A stretch of DNA of 64,000 nt, taken from NCBI GenBank assembly GCA_964016885.1, contig OZ024741.1:140244001-140308000 (forward strand), read 5' to 3'. The translations under genes and the position numbers were made by a program. The notes under the pieces were generated by a model. That model was not told where the DNA came from. It searched no databases and was given only the letters and a program-made list of their open reading frames with translations. This stretch comes from Eledone cirrhosa. Lineage: Eukaryota. Positions 1 to 12,200 of the stretch are shown here, piece by piece (the first letter of the stretch is position 1; each line of letters opens with the position of its first letter).

Positions 1-224
1 AAATATAGTTGCTTGTAGCTTTCACCAAGAGAACGTGCATACCGTGGAACATTTCTCCACGACGACGACAACGACGAAAAATGTGTGCGGTAAATACGGA
101 AAGCCATTTCATTCGCCTGGCGTCATGAAGAATAGCAGCAGCAGCCCTAATAGCAGCAGCAGCAGCAACAGTGACAAGGAAACACTAGTAGCACCCGCAA
201 CAATATCAGCAGCAACAGCAACAA

Positions 225-263
<39 letters not shown>

Positions 264-442
264 CAACAACCACAGTAACAGCGGCGGCAGCGGTCGTAGT
301 ACAGCAGCAACAAAAAAAGTGACAGCAGCTCTGCCGACAACAACAACAACAACAAGAAAGAAAAACTAATCTCGTTTGCAGGTATCGCAAAGAACCTGAA
401 ACCATCTTTATAACAAATGAGGAATTACAGGAAGCAAAGAAG

Positions 443-1996
443 ATGGTGACGAAAACCGGACACCCAGCAATCTGCAAGGCAGCCGACAATTTTTTCGAAA
501 CCCAACAACACTGTACGGTCACGTACCGTACAGTAAGCACAAAATCCCGTAGGGTTGAAAGAGCCACAGAGGCTCAAATACAAAAAGCCTTAGGGTCTGT
601 GTGGCAGCGGAAAACGCATATCACCCGAGGCAAGAAATATGCCACCGTGGACGTGCTTTTTGCTACACCCCAGGATGCAAAGGCTCAATCCTTAGTGACC
701 CTAAGGAGCGAGTAAAAATGTTGGTGCCCTCCTACTGCGGGCAAAAAATTGTGATAGTCAAACTGACCCCCCCCCCCCCGGATGGCCCCTTCATTGCTGC
801 CCGCATCTGTCCTCGTCGGAATCGAGGATAAAACAACTGTACAGCAAGTACAGAAAAAAGTACGAGAAGATTGGGTCGGCTCCTCCATTGAGATGTTAAT
901 TCAAACCAACCAGGAGTGCATCGAAGCTATCCCGGATGTGATAGACTTCGATAACGGCACTCAACTTCCCATAAGTGTTGAGGGCAAACGCCCGAAATGC
1001 TTTCGCTGTGGGTCGAAGACTCACCTCAGGGCCTTCTGCAATGAGAAGACCCTGAGAAAGGAGAAAACCCCCTCCTTCCGAAACCGGCTCCACTGCTACC
1101 AGCAACAGGACAGGCGGCAAGAAGGAAGGATAGATCTGTGGCACCCATACCCACGCCACGGAAATCAAGAACAGCAGCAGCAGTAGAAGTATTAACAACA
1201 ATAACAGTAATACCAACAGCAGCTGCAACAGAGACTTCACTGCAGCCATCACCAACAAGAAGAAGTGAAAGAGTGGAGCTGGTGCCCCTCCCCGACCTCA
1301 CAGAATCGGACATGGAGTGTGAGGTGGGAGAGGGATGGCAAAAGGTCGTAAGAAGGCACAAACGCAGAAGCAGCGCATCGTCGCCTTCGAAAAGGGGGGA
1401 GGGGAAGAAATGAAAAAAAGGGTAAAGGCTACTGCAAAGAGACTTACAGCAGCAACACCACCAACACCATCACCACCCACACCAGCACCACCAGCACCAC
1501 CAACACCACCGGCAGCAACCCCACCGCCAACAACAGCAACACCTTCAACACCACCACCACAAGCACCAACATCGCAAACACAACAACAAAACACACACAC
1601 ACAGCAACAACGACAAGAAAATAGCAGAACCACCCCCACCCCCAGAAAAAGAAATGCACAACAATAAATACACACAACAAGAAACTAATGACTTACATAA
1701 TTGAACACACAGACATTTCACAGCACGACTACATAATACCAGCACCAATCAAAACACCAACGAACATAAGACTGGTAAGAATAACACAGAAACAATACAC
1801 AAACATTAAAATGAAATTCACCAACGCAGTTGGTGATTTCAGAGACCTAGGAGGGACACTCAACCGGAGAGTATATTCGGATATACTCACAGAAGAGCCG
1901 ACAACCAGCCGAAGGGACGATTCACCGGTCCCTTCACCAGACGATCAAGTGAAAAGGGATGGAGAAACCATTCTTCCTCTACGAGAAGTAAGGTAA
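443..1996 (+). pseudogene. Tx1 ORF1 (RRM-like region, CCHC knuckle, Pro/Thr-rich linker), disrupted
   Basis: ORF pieces 443-715, 782-1186, 1138-1413, 1335-1667 and 1688-1996 align with ORF1 pieces of the other copies. Confidence 0.85.
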
Positions 1997-2030
1997 GTGG
2001 TCTTTCCCATCTTTTCCACTCCATTTCAAC

Positions 2031-3272
2031 ATGACTTCACTCACAATAGGCAGCATAAATGCGCGTGGCTTGGTGTCGTCACGGAAGCAGGGCCACCTGC
2101 TCTACGACCTCAGGTCACTAAACATAGATGTAGTGGCCATCAGCGAGACCAGAATCTCCGAAGCACGGGCCTTCGCACCGATTTTCGGCGGCTACCATGT
2201 GTACGCATCTCCCAGCCGTCCTGGATCGGGAGGATGAGTTGCTGTGCTTTTTCGGAGAGGTTTGGATCTCACCATACGGACCATCTTCCTAGACCCAGAA
2301 GATAAGTTGGTGGTGATGGACGTGACCTGCGGAGACGGGCAAGCTTTCAGGCTAGTGGCCGTCTATGCCCCGACAGGAGCAGGGCGGCCTGATTTCTTCC
2401 GGGGTCTGGAGACCTTTCTAGGAACGTCCCGCTCGTTTTTGTTAGTGGGAGAATGGAACGGGATCTTAGATTCAAGCTGGGATTGTGTGGGATTAGCAGA
2501 CAGGGGAGGAGGGTGCAAGAGCCTCACCAACCTGCTCAGGCGTTTTGAACTGTCTGACAGGTACCGATTGGATTTCCCGAATGTGCCAATGTGGACTTGG
2601 ACAAACCGTATCGGGTCATCCAGACCATATCTAGATAGAGTATTTTGTAGGGAAATAGATAGGTCCAGCATAGGTTGTCCACAATTCAAGATAGTCAGCT
2701 ACACGGACCACAAATTCGTGATCTGTGTGCTTGTCTTACATAGGCTTCATAGACGAGGACCCGGCTATTGGAAGCTAAACGCGTCCTTACCAGCACGCAA
2801 TGCCTAGAGAGACAGGATTAGCGAACTAGTTAAGCGAGCGTTGACGGGGGCCATCGTCAACAACAAGTGGTGGTTTGCTCTGAAAAGAGCGATTAGAATA
2901 GAGTCTATTAGGTTTAGTAAGCCCTTAGCTATAGAGAAAAATAGAGCAGAGGGAGAATTAGTTGGAAAATTAGACGAGGCGCTTAGCAAAGTCATCGCGA
3001 CCGACGTACTTGCGGCGAAATTGGCCTTTGACCAATTCTTCAATGCAAAGCACGACGGCTGCGTTGTCAGAGCTAGGGTGCGTGCTCTCAGACACGAGGG
3101 GACGAAAGCCGTTCAATGGGCCCGAGTGGCGGAGGCGTGTCGTGGCAACAAAGCCACGATCCGGTCTACTCGATCCCGGGCAAATGTGTGAAGCTTTTCA
3201 GCGACACTTCGCTCAGCTGTTCAGGGGCAGCGGCGGGCCGGATCGAGGGATGGACTTTAGTGTCTACCTTTA
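2031..3272 (+). pseudogene. Tx1 ORF2 N-terminus (APE endonuclease), disrupted and truncated
   Basis: ORFs 2031-2237, 2244-2807 and 2841-3191 are nearly identical to ORF2 of the copy starting at 21291 (-). Confidence 0.9.
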
Positions 3273-3305
3273 GTGTCTTTTTGCTCTTATGTTGGCATGC
3301 GAACC

Positions 3306-3355
3306 GAACTGCAGACACTAATGTTTCTGGGTATCAGCCTTCATCAGTACAGCTC
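3306..3355 (-). ncRNA. Type I hammerhead-ribozyme-like motif
   Basis: GAGCTGTA-CTGATGA-AGGCTGATACCCA-GAAA-CATTAGT-GTC-TGCAGTTC: 8-bp stem I, short stem III, GUC triplet. Stem II is non-canonically closed (A.A). Confidence 0.65.
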
Positions 3356-3452
3356 ACTGTTCACCTGCCAAACTGTAAGCCATGTAGAGCGAACATTTTC
3401 TTTTTTATTTGAATTTGGCAAAGCCGGCCATTTATCGCTCGTATACAGGAAA

Positions 3453-3556
3453 CTGACTGGCCAGTCTGCTGATATGCAAATCTGGCTGATCAGTGGATCT
3501 GCTAATATGCAGATCTGACTGATCAGCCAGTCTGCTAAAATGCAAATCAGGCCATT
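3453..3556 (+). repeat. ~30-33-bp minisatellite, ~3 copies, inside the fold-back spacer
   Basis: Repeated ctgactg(atca)gccagtctgcta(a/t)atgcaaat units. Confidence 0.8.
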
Positions 3557-3624
3557 CAATCACTGTGTATTTTTGAAAATAGCATATATTTTCACTAGCT
3601 CTTACAGTTTAGCAGGTGAACAGT

Positions 3625-3674
3625 GAGCTGTACTGATGAAGGTTGAGACTCAGAAACATTAGTGTCTGCAGTTC
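3625..3674 (+). ncRNA. Type I hammerhead-ribozyme-like motif
   Basis: GAGCTGTA-CTGATGA-AGGTTGAGACTCA-GAAA-CATTAGT-GTC-TGCAGTTC. Predicted cleavage after C3666. Confidence 0.65.
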
Positions 3675-4777
3675 TCTTCGCATGCCAACATAAGAGCAAA
3701 AATGAAGTGTTCATTCTATGACATGGCTATAAAATTGAGGCTTGTTTGCATAATAGAGTTAATCTCATTGAAATGCATGTTGGCTCTGAATTACAGGTAA
3801 TCTGAAATTAATTCTTCGAGAGCAACTTAAATAAAGTGCCTTGTCCAAGGACGCAACTCACTACCCTGTCTGGGTGTCTCACTTACGACCATTCAAATTT
3901 AATTGCACACCTTCATATATATATAAATATTGACTTAAGTGTCGGTTGCCCATTGTCCCAGCCGACAGAATTGCACCGGTAGATAACAAGATGGATGAAT
4001 TGAAATGACATTCCAAGTAGGGAACTCATGTCTGTGGCTGACGAATCAGGTCTCAGATCCAATAACTAGGGAACTCGTTCAAGAACACAGGATACCATGA
4101 GTTTCATTGTTATAGTCTAAGTATAGGCATTTATATATCCTAAACATATTGGAAAACAGACGGCACTTCATTTTGTCGAACAATAGAAAAAATTGCACTA
4201 TCACAGAATTCATCAGGTTGCTGCCGGAAAATAAAATATAGGATCTAAATATACGGGACAATGAATAAGCTAGACGTACATATAAAACGGAAAGTAGAAT
4301 ATAAATACATATACAAAAGAAAATGTTAAGCCACGACAGAAATATAATTTAAAGTTATATTTACTAATAAAACATATTTGCTCTGATACATAATTAATTA
4401 ATCTACGATTATAAACAAGACAAAAGGAATAATCTTCCGGCTAATTCTCGAGAAATATTGACACAAAGAAAAATCATTGCATTATTAAAATATTTGGAGA
4501 CAAGTGAGAAAAAATATATTGAATTTTCAATTTATTTATAAAGCCTAGAAAATAGATGAAGTTCGTCGAAAGAGTGGAACCAGAATAAAATAGTATTGGA
4601 AACAAATTAAAGAATCATCTTAAATAAACATATTGCTTTTTTTCTAAGATGTCTCACTAATTAATTGATTACACAATGTTGTATACCACCTCGTGATGTA
4701 ACTTGTGGCCCACCTATCACACAAAATCTTATGAAATTAGGAAATGTAGAAACATGCACCAATGTTATGATGAACAG

Positions 4778-5060
4778 TGATGCAGTCGTTTCTAATGAGT
4801 TGGGTGTTTCACTCACAATCGAAAGTTCGAAAGTTCGATTCCCGGTGGCAAGTTGTATCCCTGGGAAAATACTTTATTTTACAGGGTCCGCATTGTCACA
4901 TACCATATCACCTTGAATCACTCTGAGAACTATGTTGAGTGTGCATTTGGCTTTGGAACATTCTACCACATGCACGTTCATTTCATGAAAAGATTGTCTC
5001 CATGTTGGTACAGCTGGAAAGGCCATCGTCGGAATCGATGGTGCTTAATCACATACGATG
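4778..5060 (+). mobile_element. Old tRNA-derived SINE-like relic
   Basis: B-box-like GTTCGATTCCC at ~4833-4843, followed by ccctgggaaaatacttta. Boundaries uncertain. Confidence 0.4.
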
Positions 5061-5239
5061 ACAATTCTATGACTGAAATCATTGTCACGTCTATATGTAT
5101 TCATATAATGTATTCAATTTTAGGGATAGAAGAAATGTAGTCCATTATTAGAAATGTATAACTTAGTGTTGATGTATTAACCAACAATTGTCGTTGGATT
5201 TGAAGAATCAATAAAGAGTCTGATAAAATGTTGCACTCA

Positions 5240-5405
5240 CATTTGTTCTGGTTCTTTGCATCCTGAGTTCATACTCCACGAAGGTCATCTTTCTCTTCAT
5301 CCAACCGCGGAGGAGGGGCAAATTAAATTACTATTCACGTTGTGGAGTTGAGTTAATCAATTTACTATTCACGCACATGTGGTTGACCTTGTGTGCCTAA
5401 ATTCA
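5240..5405 (+). mobile_element. Decayed copy of the window's SINE family
   Basis: ctgagttcatactccacgaaggtcatcttt...ttcatcc and a tail ccttgtgtgcctaa resemble the SINE consensus in sense orientation. Confidence 0.5.
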
Positions 5406-7378
5406 ATATCGATAGAGAGAAATAATTATTTATGAAGGAATTATAAGTTATGCTCACTGAATCCTGGTAAATGAACGAGACAAATGAGAAGAACATGTTA
5501 CAAATTATAGAATTATACAATTTGAGGTCTTCTGAAAGGGACTTTATCAAAACGACCGTTTGTAAGTGAGGCAGAAATCGCCATTTAATTTACAAGGGGC
5601 GCTTCGAATCATTCATCAGAACTCTTAAATAAAACAGCTGTATCTTCCCAACATTACATAGTGTTCGTGAATCGGTAATCGATCAAGATTATGAATTGAA
5701 AATAAGGCGTCTCAAAAAGAATAAATATATATAGACGATTGTGAAGTAAAGGAAAATATCCAATGCTACTGCTTGTGCCACTCTTTTCTTGTGTTCCCAA
5801 CAAAAGATATTGTGGTATTTTATTGCTAATGACCCCCTTCCATCACGGCAACGAACAATCAACCGTCTAAATGTATTTTCCAAAGGCTAGCGTCAGTTGC
5901 CGAGAAGGTCATTTGACACGATAAAAACCACATACATTCTCGTCCCGAAGTCTCTGGATCCTGTGGCAAAATATCATCAGTAATGTCGAAAATGAGATGA
6001 AATAAAGGTGTTAGTGGTACGGATTCCCTTTCTTTCCATCACAGTTGTTTCCTCTTTCCCTTCTACTAATCCTCACATTCACAAAGTATTGGTACCATTT
6101 GAAGTATACTTGGAGTGTTTTAGAAAGCTACCATACCTTAAGTTGAAGGCAGTAAGAGTTTACAATTCTAGGTTGCCATCAACTACAGGGTTCTTCTCAA
6201 TAGAAGTAGTAGACCATTATTCACCGATGTCATATTGCGCACTGGGTCACCAGCACAAGCATTTCTGTCATCACGACATAATCGTGTTATCGCTCCAGAT
6301 TTTCATTTTGTTCCTCTAGGTGGCTGATAAGTCTTCTCATCATCTAACCTTGTATTAGTACCATTCTAGTTAGGTGCATGTAAACAGGCTGTGCTGATTT
6401 GCGTGTTACCAGTAGATCTCCTCCCTCCACGGTTAATTACCTAATGTAGCCAACGATATAAAAACAAACAGTGGTATGATAACGGATAAGCATATTTGAT
6501 GCAAGGTTTTCGTGATCATCACTGACCTAGGGTTAAACAATCACAGCTGCGTAAATGAAATGTTTGTACTTTCTGTTGCAGTGAATTTTCCGTCAATTAG
6601 ACTTCTGTCGAGATAAAATACTGGAGAACGACAAATTAGTTTATTTGTCTACTGTTTAAAACAATTTATACTATGTATCTACAGTTTAAAGAAACTTAAT
6701 GAAATGCTGCATACAATCGATTGTCATTCGCATAGAAGGAAATTGCTATAAGTGAGAAGCTATCGTAACGCATGTTAGGCTGTAAACTCGTACCATTTCT
6801 AATTAATGCTAACAGTAGGAAATATATGTTCGCGAAATGGAATGACGACAGAAAACTTATGCGAAGTGAACCTCCTTAGTTTGGTGCAAACCAAGGATGT
6901 AAATAGATAAGTAATATAAGGTTAAATTGTGTATATTATTTGGTCATTAGAGAATAACGGCACACATCTAATATTAGTAATTCGATAAAATAAAACATGT
7001 TAATATAGTGATACTCAATTCCTTCTCCATTTTGTATTGCCAGCTATTGTTTCATCTAAGCATCATATTAAAATGAGCACGTTTTTCAAACCTCAAGTAG
7101 CAATACTTCCCTTACACTGCTTAGTTTCCTCAGTTTCACCCTGATTTAGAATTGACGACTAGTAGCTTTCAAACGAGCACATTATTAAGATGAGCAAGCT
7201 TTTCATATTTCAATAATTGTATAGTTCCAAACGGAAGTTAGTCTGTACTTCATTTGATATATACATAATTTTGATTACTTTGCAATTTTTTTTTTTGGCC
7301 GAAGTTCATGTCCTGGGAGCTCCATGTTCCCTGTTTACGAATCACTGATATTTTTAAGTATCTAAAATGTTCTCGATT

Positions 7379-7381
<3 letters not shown>

Positions 7382-7426
<45 letters not shown>
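7382..7426. repeat. (TA)n microsatellite
   Basis: Direct read. Confidence 0.95.
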
Positions 7427-7428
<2 letters not shown>

Positions 7429-7789
7429 CGGCGATGAATTAGTTTTGCGAGGTTTTTTATATGAAATCGTGTGTCGAAACAGATATTGTTATATTTGGGG
7501 AGGGTCATATTTGCGTAATATTGCCAGAATTAATAACAGAACACACTCACTGTTTGGTTGGTTTTCGCTTCTCGCTGTCTTTTATATATATATATCTGCG
7601 ATCTAACTTACTCGGTCCTCAATGTTGCCATTGACTGACCGGCGGTCAAAAATAATACAGATACAATATAGACACAAACACATATATATAGTTTACATAA
7701 TTTACATAAATCTTTCGTTGTACATCTGCAACATCGTCAGTGGTGTTATATTCATTGTTCCTCCTGTTGTGTTGTATGTCTACGCCATT

Positions 7790-8122
7790 TTTTTTTGTTC
7801 AGTCTGTCTATATATTTATTTATTTATTTGCTTGTTTGTTTATCTTATTTTATTTTGTCTTCTTTGCGCATGCGTTTGCGTGTGTGTATAGTGTTGTGTG
7901 ATGTGTGACTAGTGTGTATAGTGTTGTGTCTGCTGGGTGACTAGTGTGTGTTTATGTGCTTGTGTATGTATTTATTTATCTTATTTTATTTAATTTTATT
8001 TACTTATTTATACTTCTCTTAGGTCAGTGTTGTTTGTTTGGGTGTTTTCATTCTTTCTGTTTAGCTTTGAGGCCAACTATGGGTAGTTGCTGGCCTTGTG
8101 CCAAAAGTAGAAACAATTATTT
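7790..8122 (+). mobile_element. T/G-rich putative LINE 3' UTR ending in the same ~40-nt tail as the SINE
   Basis: Ends TGGGTAGTTGCTGGCCTTGTGCCAAAAGTAGAAACAATTATT. Upstream sequence is not the SINE body. Confidence 0.55.
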
Positions 8123-8594
8123 ATATTGGGTTTAAATATTAAACATTGGATTAAGACGAGTAAAAATGTATTAATAAAATAAAATGAAATAAAATAAATA
8201 TAGAAAAAGTGTTTTATAAAATAAAATAGAAGTAAAAGTTAATAATTTCTAGTAAAAATCTATATATGTGGAGTATACTATTTAATTTTTATTTTATACC
8301 AACAAGTAAATAAAGGAAATTGCTAGACAAATTTATAAACGTAGAAAAACATATGGCGTCATAATTTGTTTACAAAATCTACGCAGGTTTGAGCGAAAAT
8401 CTGAGACTATAGAAAAAAAGATCAAAAAGAGAAAACCAAATTAATACATTGTAGAACATAATGAAAGATGTGTAAAGATAACGGTGACACATGGAATATA
8501 TTAAAGGATATCAGCTATATACTTTGTGAAAGGTCTTGTAGGATTTATGACTTCAAAGTTCAAATAAATCGGCTCTTAGATTTATTATTGTGTT

Positions 8595-8896
8595 GAGAGG
8601 GAGAAAATTAACCGATACCAGGACTTAAAGTGGGAGGTAAAAAGGATTTGGAACTGCCATGAAGTCAAAGTGGTCCCGATTGTCATAGGTGCACTAGGAC
8701 TATCTCAAAGAGTTTCCAAGGATGATTAAAGAAAATTAGTCCAGCACCGCTTTTTGGAACACTTCAAAAGGCATGCTTGCTGGGAGCAGCAAGAACCCTC
8801 CGTACGTCTTGAATATCTGAGGCTGCAGGTAGTGGCTTGATATTCATTTCAACAAACTTTCCAGTTAAATAACATCAATAACTGAGACTAAAGAAC
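8595..8896 (+). mobile_element. R4-A 3' fragment (end of RLE domain and 3' UTR) with (TAA)n tail 8897-8935
   Basis: Matches 32035-32335 (EKINRYQDLKWEVKRIW...). Confidence 0.9.
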
Positions 8897-8903
8897 AATA
8901 ATA

Positions 8904-8934
<31 letters not shown>

Positions 8935-9242
8935 TGATTTCTTTATTGGCCACAAGGTCTGACATCAAGAAAAACATAACAGAGGGCACAGGACGGTACA
9001 GGACGGTACGATGTGGGTTTTGGCGTGTAAATATTTTTTTATTATTTATATAAGAAGAGACGAAAAAGGACATAGAAACATATATATATATATAAACAAT
9101 AAAAATGAAAATTGAAACAATGAAAAATTCCCCAATAGGGGGGAAAACTCTGAGGGTTACTCGTGGCGAAAGCCACACAAAAGACTACGGCCACCCTGAC
9201 CACCAGGGCAAGCGCCCTCTCTCAATTTTTCCATTTCTCAAA

Positions 9243-12200
9243 CTACAGACGTATATTCAGAGCGGTCGCGTTCACTCGAACCATTCTCGCTACATTCACA
9301 CACCTTTCAACAAACTTGCTAGATGGCAGCACTTGACTCTCCACCCTGATTTTCCTCTTCATGTGAAACTTGAAAAAGTTAATTAGGGATTCGCCTAAGA
9401 GGAAAGTGTCTGTCTTTAACCCTTTTAACCTTGCCACCACACAATCACTTTCGCCATGGCCACCAGGCAGATGAAAACTGCCTACCCTTCCTCCTCGAAG
9501 GAAGACGGCGAGACCATCTGCACAATGGACTCAGTCGATAACCGGATCAGTCCTACACGCGACAGCAACTGTTCGACATGGCTCCACAAGTCAGCAATGC
9601 TCGGGCACTGAACGAGTGCGTGCACGACGGTTTCGTCGCTCTGCGCGCATCTCGGACAGGCTCGGATGACGGCACTTCCGTGCTTGTAGAGCTTATCTCG
9701 AACCGGCAGCGCTCCCCGGTAGCACTTCCAGGCCAGGGATTTTTGGAAGTTATCCATAGGCCCCGGGCTGTGTGTTCTCCGGAAGAGAGCAAATAGCTGA
9801 TCTTCTTCGACGCCCAGGATCTCTCCGAGAATGTCGTCGCTCTTCCCCTCCACTTGTCCTCTATAGAACGCCGAGGTGGATGTTCCACCGATGCTGGTGT
9901 CCAGCTGGCAGAGGGCATTGAGCGCCTGGAGACATTCCAGTTTCCAAGCGCTATCCCTCGGTCTTTTTCTGACCCAGGACTGCAGCTCCGTCAAGGAGAC
10001 GAGTTGTGGGTAAACGTGCCTGGCGAACGGCGACCACACCTGCTCACCGTCAAGGAAGCACCAGAGATGCCGCAGCCTCAGCGCATGTTTACGCATCATC
10101 AGCTATGGCATGCCCAGTCTTCCACGCAACGGGTATTGACAGCAGATGGATCGTCTGACCATGGGAGCGCGTACCTTCTACAAAAAGCGGAAGAGGAGGC
10201 GCTCCATTTTGGTGAGAGTTGGACTGGAGCAAAGGACGACTGTGAGGCGGTAGCAGATGACGGATGCGATGTACGCATTCGCCACCTCCGCCCGGCCTTT
10301 CAAGCACAGCTTCCTCTCGGCCCATTTATGGGTGAGGGAGGCCACCCTGCTCGTCACCTCGTTCCAGCTTTTCTCCATCTGGAGGTCCGGTCCAAACCAG
10401 ACCCCGAGCAATTTAACCGGTCCGTCCGTCCAACGCCCCACGACGCTGTCGGACGGCATGGACTTGCCTGTCCAGGTGCCGAGCTGCAAGCCCACCGACT
10501 TTTCCTGGTTTATCTTTGCTCCTGTCACCGCTACGTATTCCTTGAGACGGTGCCGCGCATCTGGACGTGTCTGGTGCGCGACATGACCACGGTGACATCG
10601 TCGGCGTAGGCCGACTCGGATTTCCCGCATCCTAGTTCGCATGGGACGCCCCTCATCGCCCCCAGTTTGTGCAGTAACGGTTCGAGAGACAATACGTACA
10701 AGAGGGATGAGAGAGGACAACCCTGGCGGACTGAGCGCATGATGCTGAACGGCTGCGACAGGTGACCGTTCACCCTCACAACTGAACAGATGTCGCTGTA
10801 CATCGCTGCGATCCAACCCCTGGAAACAGGTACGAAATTGGCTGCCTCGACGACCGCCGCCAGGTACCGATGGTCTACCCTATAGAATACTTTGGATTGA
10901 TCCGAGTTGATCAGGGTCCCACCCGTGCCAGGTTCCTTAACCACCCTCTCTATGATGTATCGCATGAGGTGGAGGTTGTCGTGTATGGATCTGTCCGGAA
11001 TGGTGCATGTCTGCGCCTCTCCCACCAGACCCTTGACGACAAGCGCTAACCGCGTTGGCCAAAATCTTGAACTCTGCGTTTAGCAGTGTTATGGGCCTGA
11101 AATTATCGATAACATCCCCTTTGTTCTGGTCTTTTCTCAGCAGCGCTACTGCTCCCCGGCTCACAAAACTGGGAATGCTCCCATTCTGCTGCCAGTTGCA
11201 GTAGACGTCTGCCAAGAGGGCACCGAACAAGTCTGCCATAAATGCATAAAGCTCGTAGGGCAGACCATCCAAACCTGGCGATTTACCCCTCGTGCAGTTA
11301 GCCATCGTTTCCCGTATTTCGCCGGCTGTTATTGGCTTTTCGCAACACTGTGCCGCGGTCCTCGAGAGCCGAGGCAGTCCGTCGAGGTATGCCCTGAAGT
11401 ACATGCCCCGATCCGGGTCGCCGCTGCTCACGAAGAGTTCAGCAAAGTGCCGCTGAAAAGCCTCACACATCCGCCCGAGTTCGAGCATCACGCACCCGTT
11501 TTGGTCAGACAAAGACCGAATTGTTGCCACGTCTCGCCTCTGCAACCTGGGCCCATTGGACGGCTTTTGTCCCCTCGTGTTTCAGAGCACGCGCTCTAGC
11601 TCTGACAACGCCGCCTTCGTGTTTTGCGTTGAAGAATTGGTCGAGTGCCAATCTCGCTGCAAGCACGTCGGTTGCGATGCCTGTCCTAAACGTCTCTTCT
11701 AGCTTCCTGACTAGCTCTCCCTCTACTCTATTTTCCTCTATCACTACTCCTTTGCTAAACCTAATCGACTCTACTTTAATTGCCCTTTTCAGGGCGAACC
11801 ATCACCTCTTGTTGTCGACCTCTCCCGTCAACGCCCGCTTAACTAATACGTTAATCCGGTCTTTGTAGGCTATGCGCGCCGGGAAAGACGGGTTCATCTT
11901 CCAGTAACCAGGCCCTTGTCTATGAAGTCTGTCTATATCGTCTCACAGATCACAAATTTGTGGTCTGTGTAGTCGACTATTTTAAGTTGTGGACAACGTA
12001 TACTAGCCTTATCTAGTTCTCTGCAGAATACCCTATCGAGATACGATCTGGATGACCCGATGAAATTTGTCCATGTCCACATTGGCACATTCGGGTGATC
12101 CAGTCGATACCTGTCAGACAGTTCAAAACGTCTGAGCATGTTGGTGAGGCTCTTGCACCCTCCTCCCCTATCCACTAGCCCCACACAATCCCAGCGTGCA

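Larger units (their letters stand above)
35..3272 (+). mobile_element. Tx1-clade non-LTR retrotransposon, degenerate and 3'-truncated (probable ORF1/ORF2 chimera)
   Basis: Fragmented ORF1 with CFRCGSKTHLRAFC knuckle. ORF2 fragments carry APE motifs (SINARGL, AISET, VYAP, YLDRVF, TDHK, GYWKLN). Homology stops at ~3272, before the RT core. 5' boundary uncertain. Confidence 0.9.
3278..3702. mobile_element. Fold-back element with ~100-bp inverted arms carrying hammerhead motifs (Penelope/retrozyme-like, non-autonomous)
   Basis: 3278-3379 is the reverse complement of 3601-3702 with a few mismatches. Each arm has CTGATGA...GAAAC...GTC. Confidence 0.75.

Noticed and set aside
35-567. Poly-Ser/Ala/Thr/Leu/Cys ORFs, and similar ones at 14125-14703, 23278-23625 and 24866-25199
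   Set aside because: Translations of trinucleotide repeats or antisense to TE ORFs; not independent genes.
3453-3556. Short repeats resembling a CRISPR array
   Set aside because: Contiguous tandem units without unique spacers, eukaryotic context, no cas genes.
8897-8935. TAA tracts as telomeric repeats
   Set aside because: No TTAGGG/TTAGG arrays; tracts are internal trinucleotide microsatellites.
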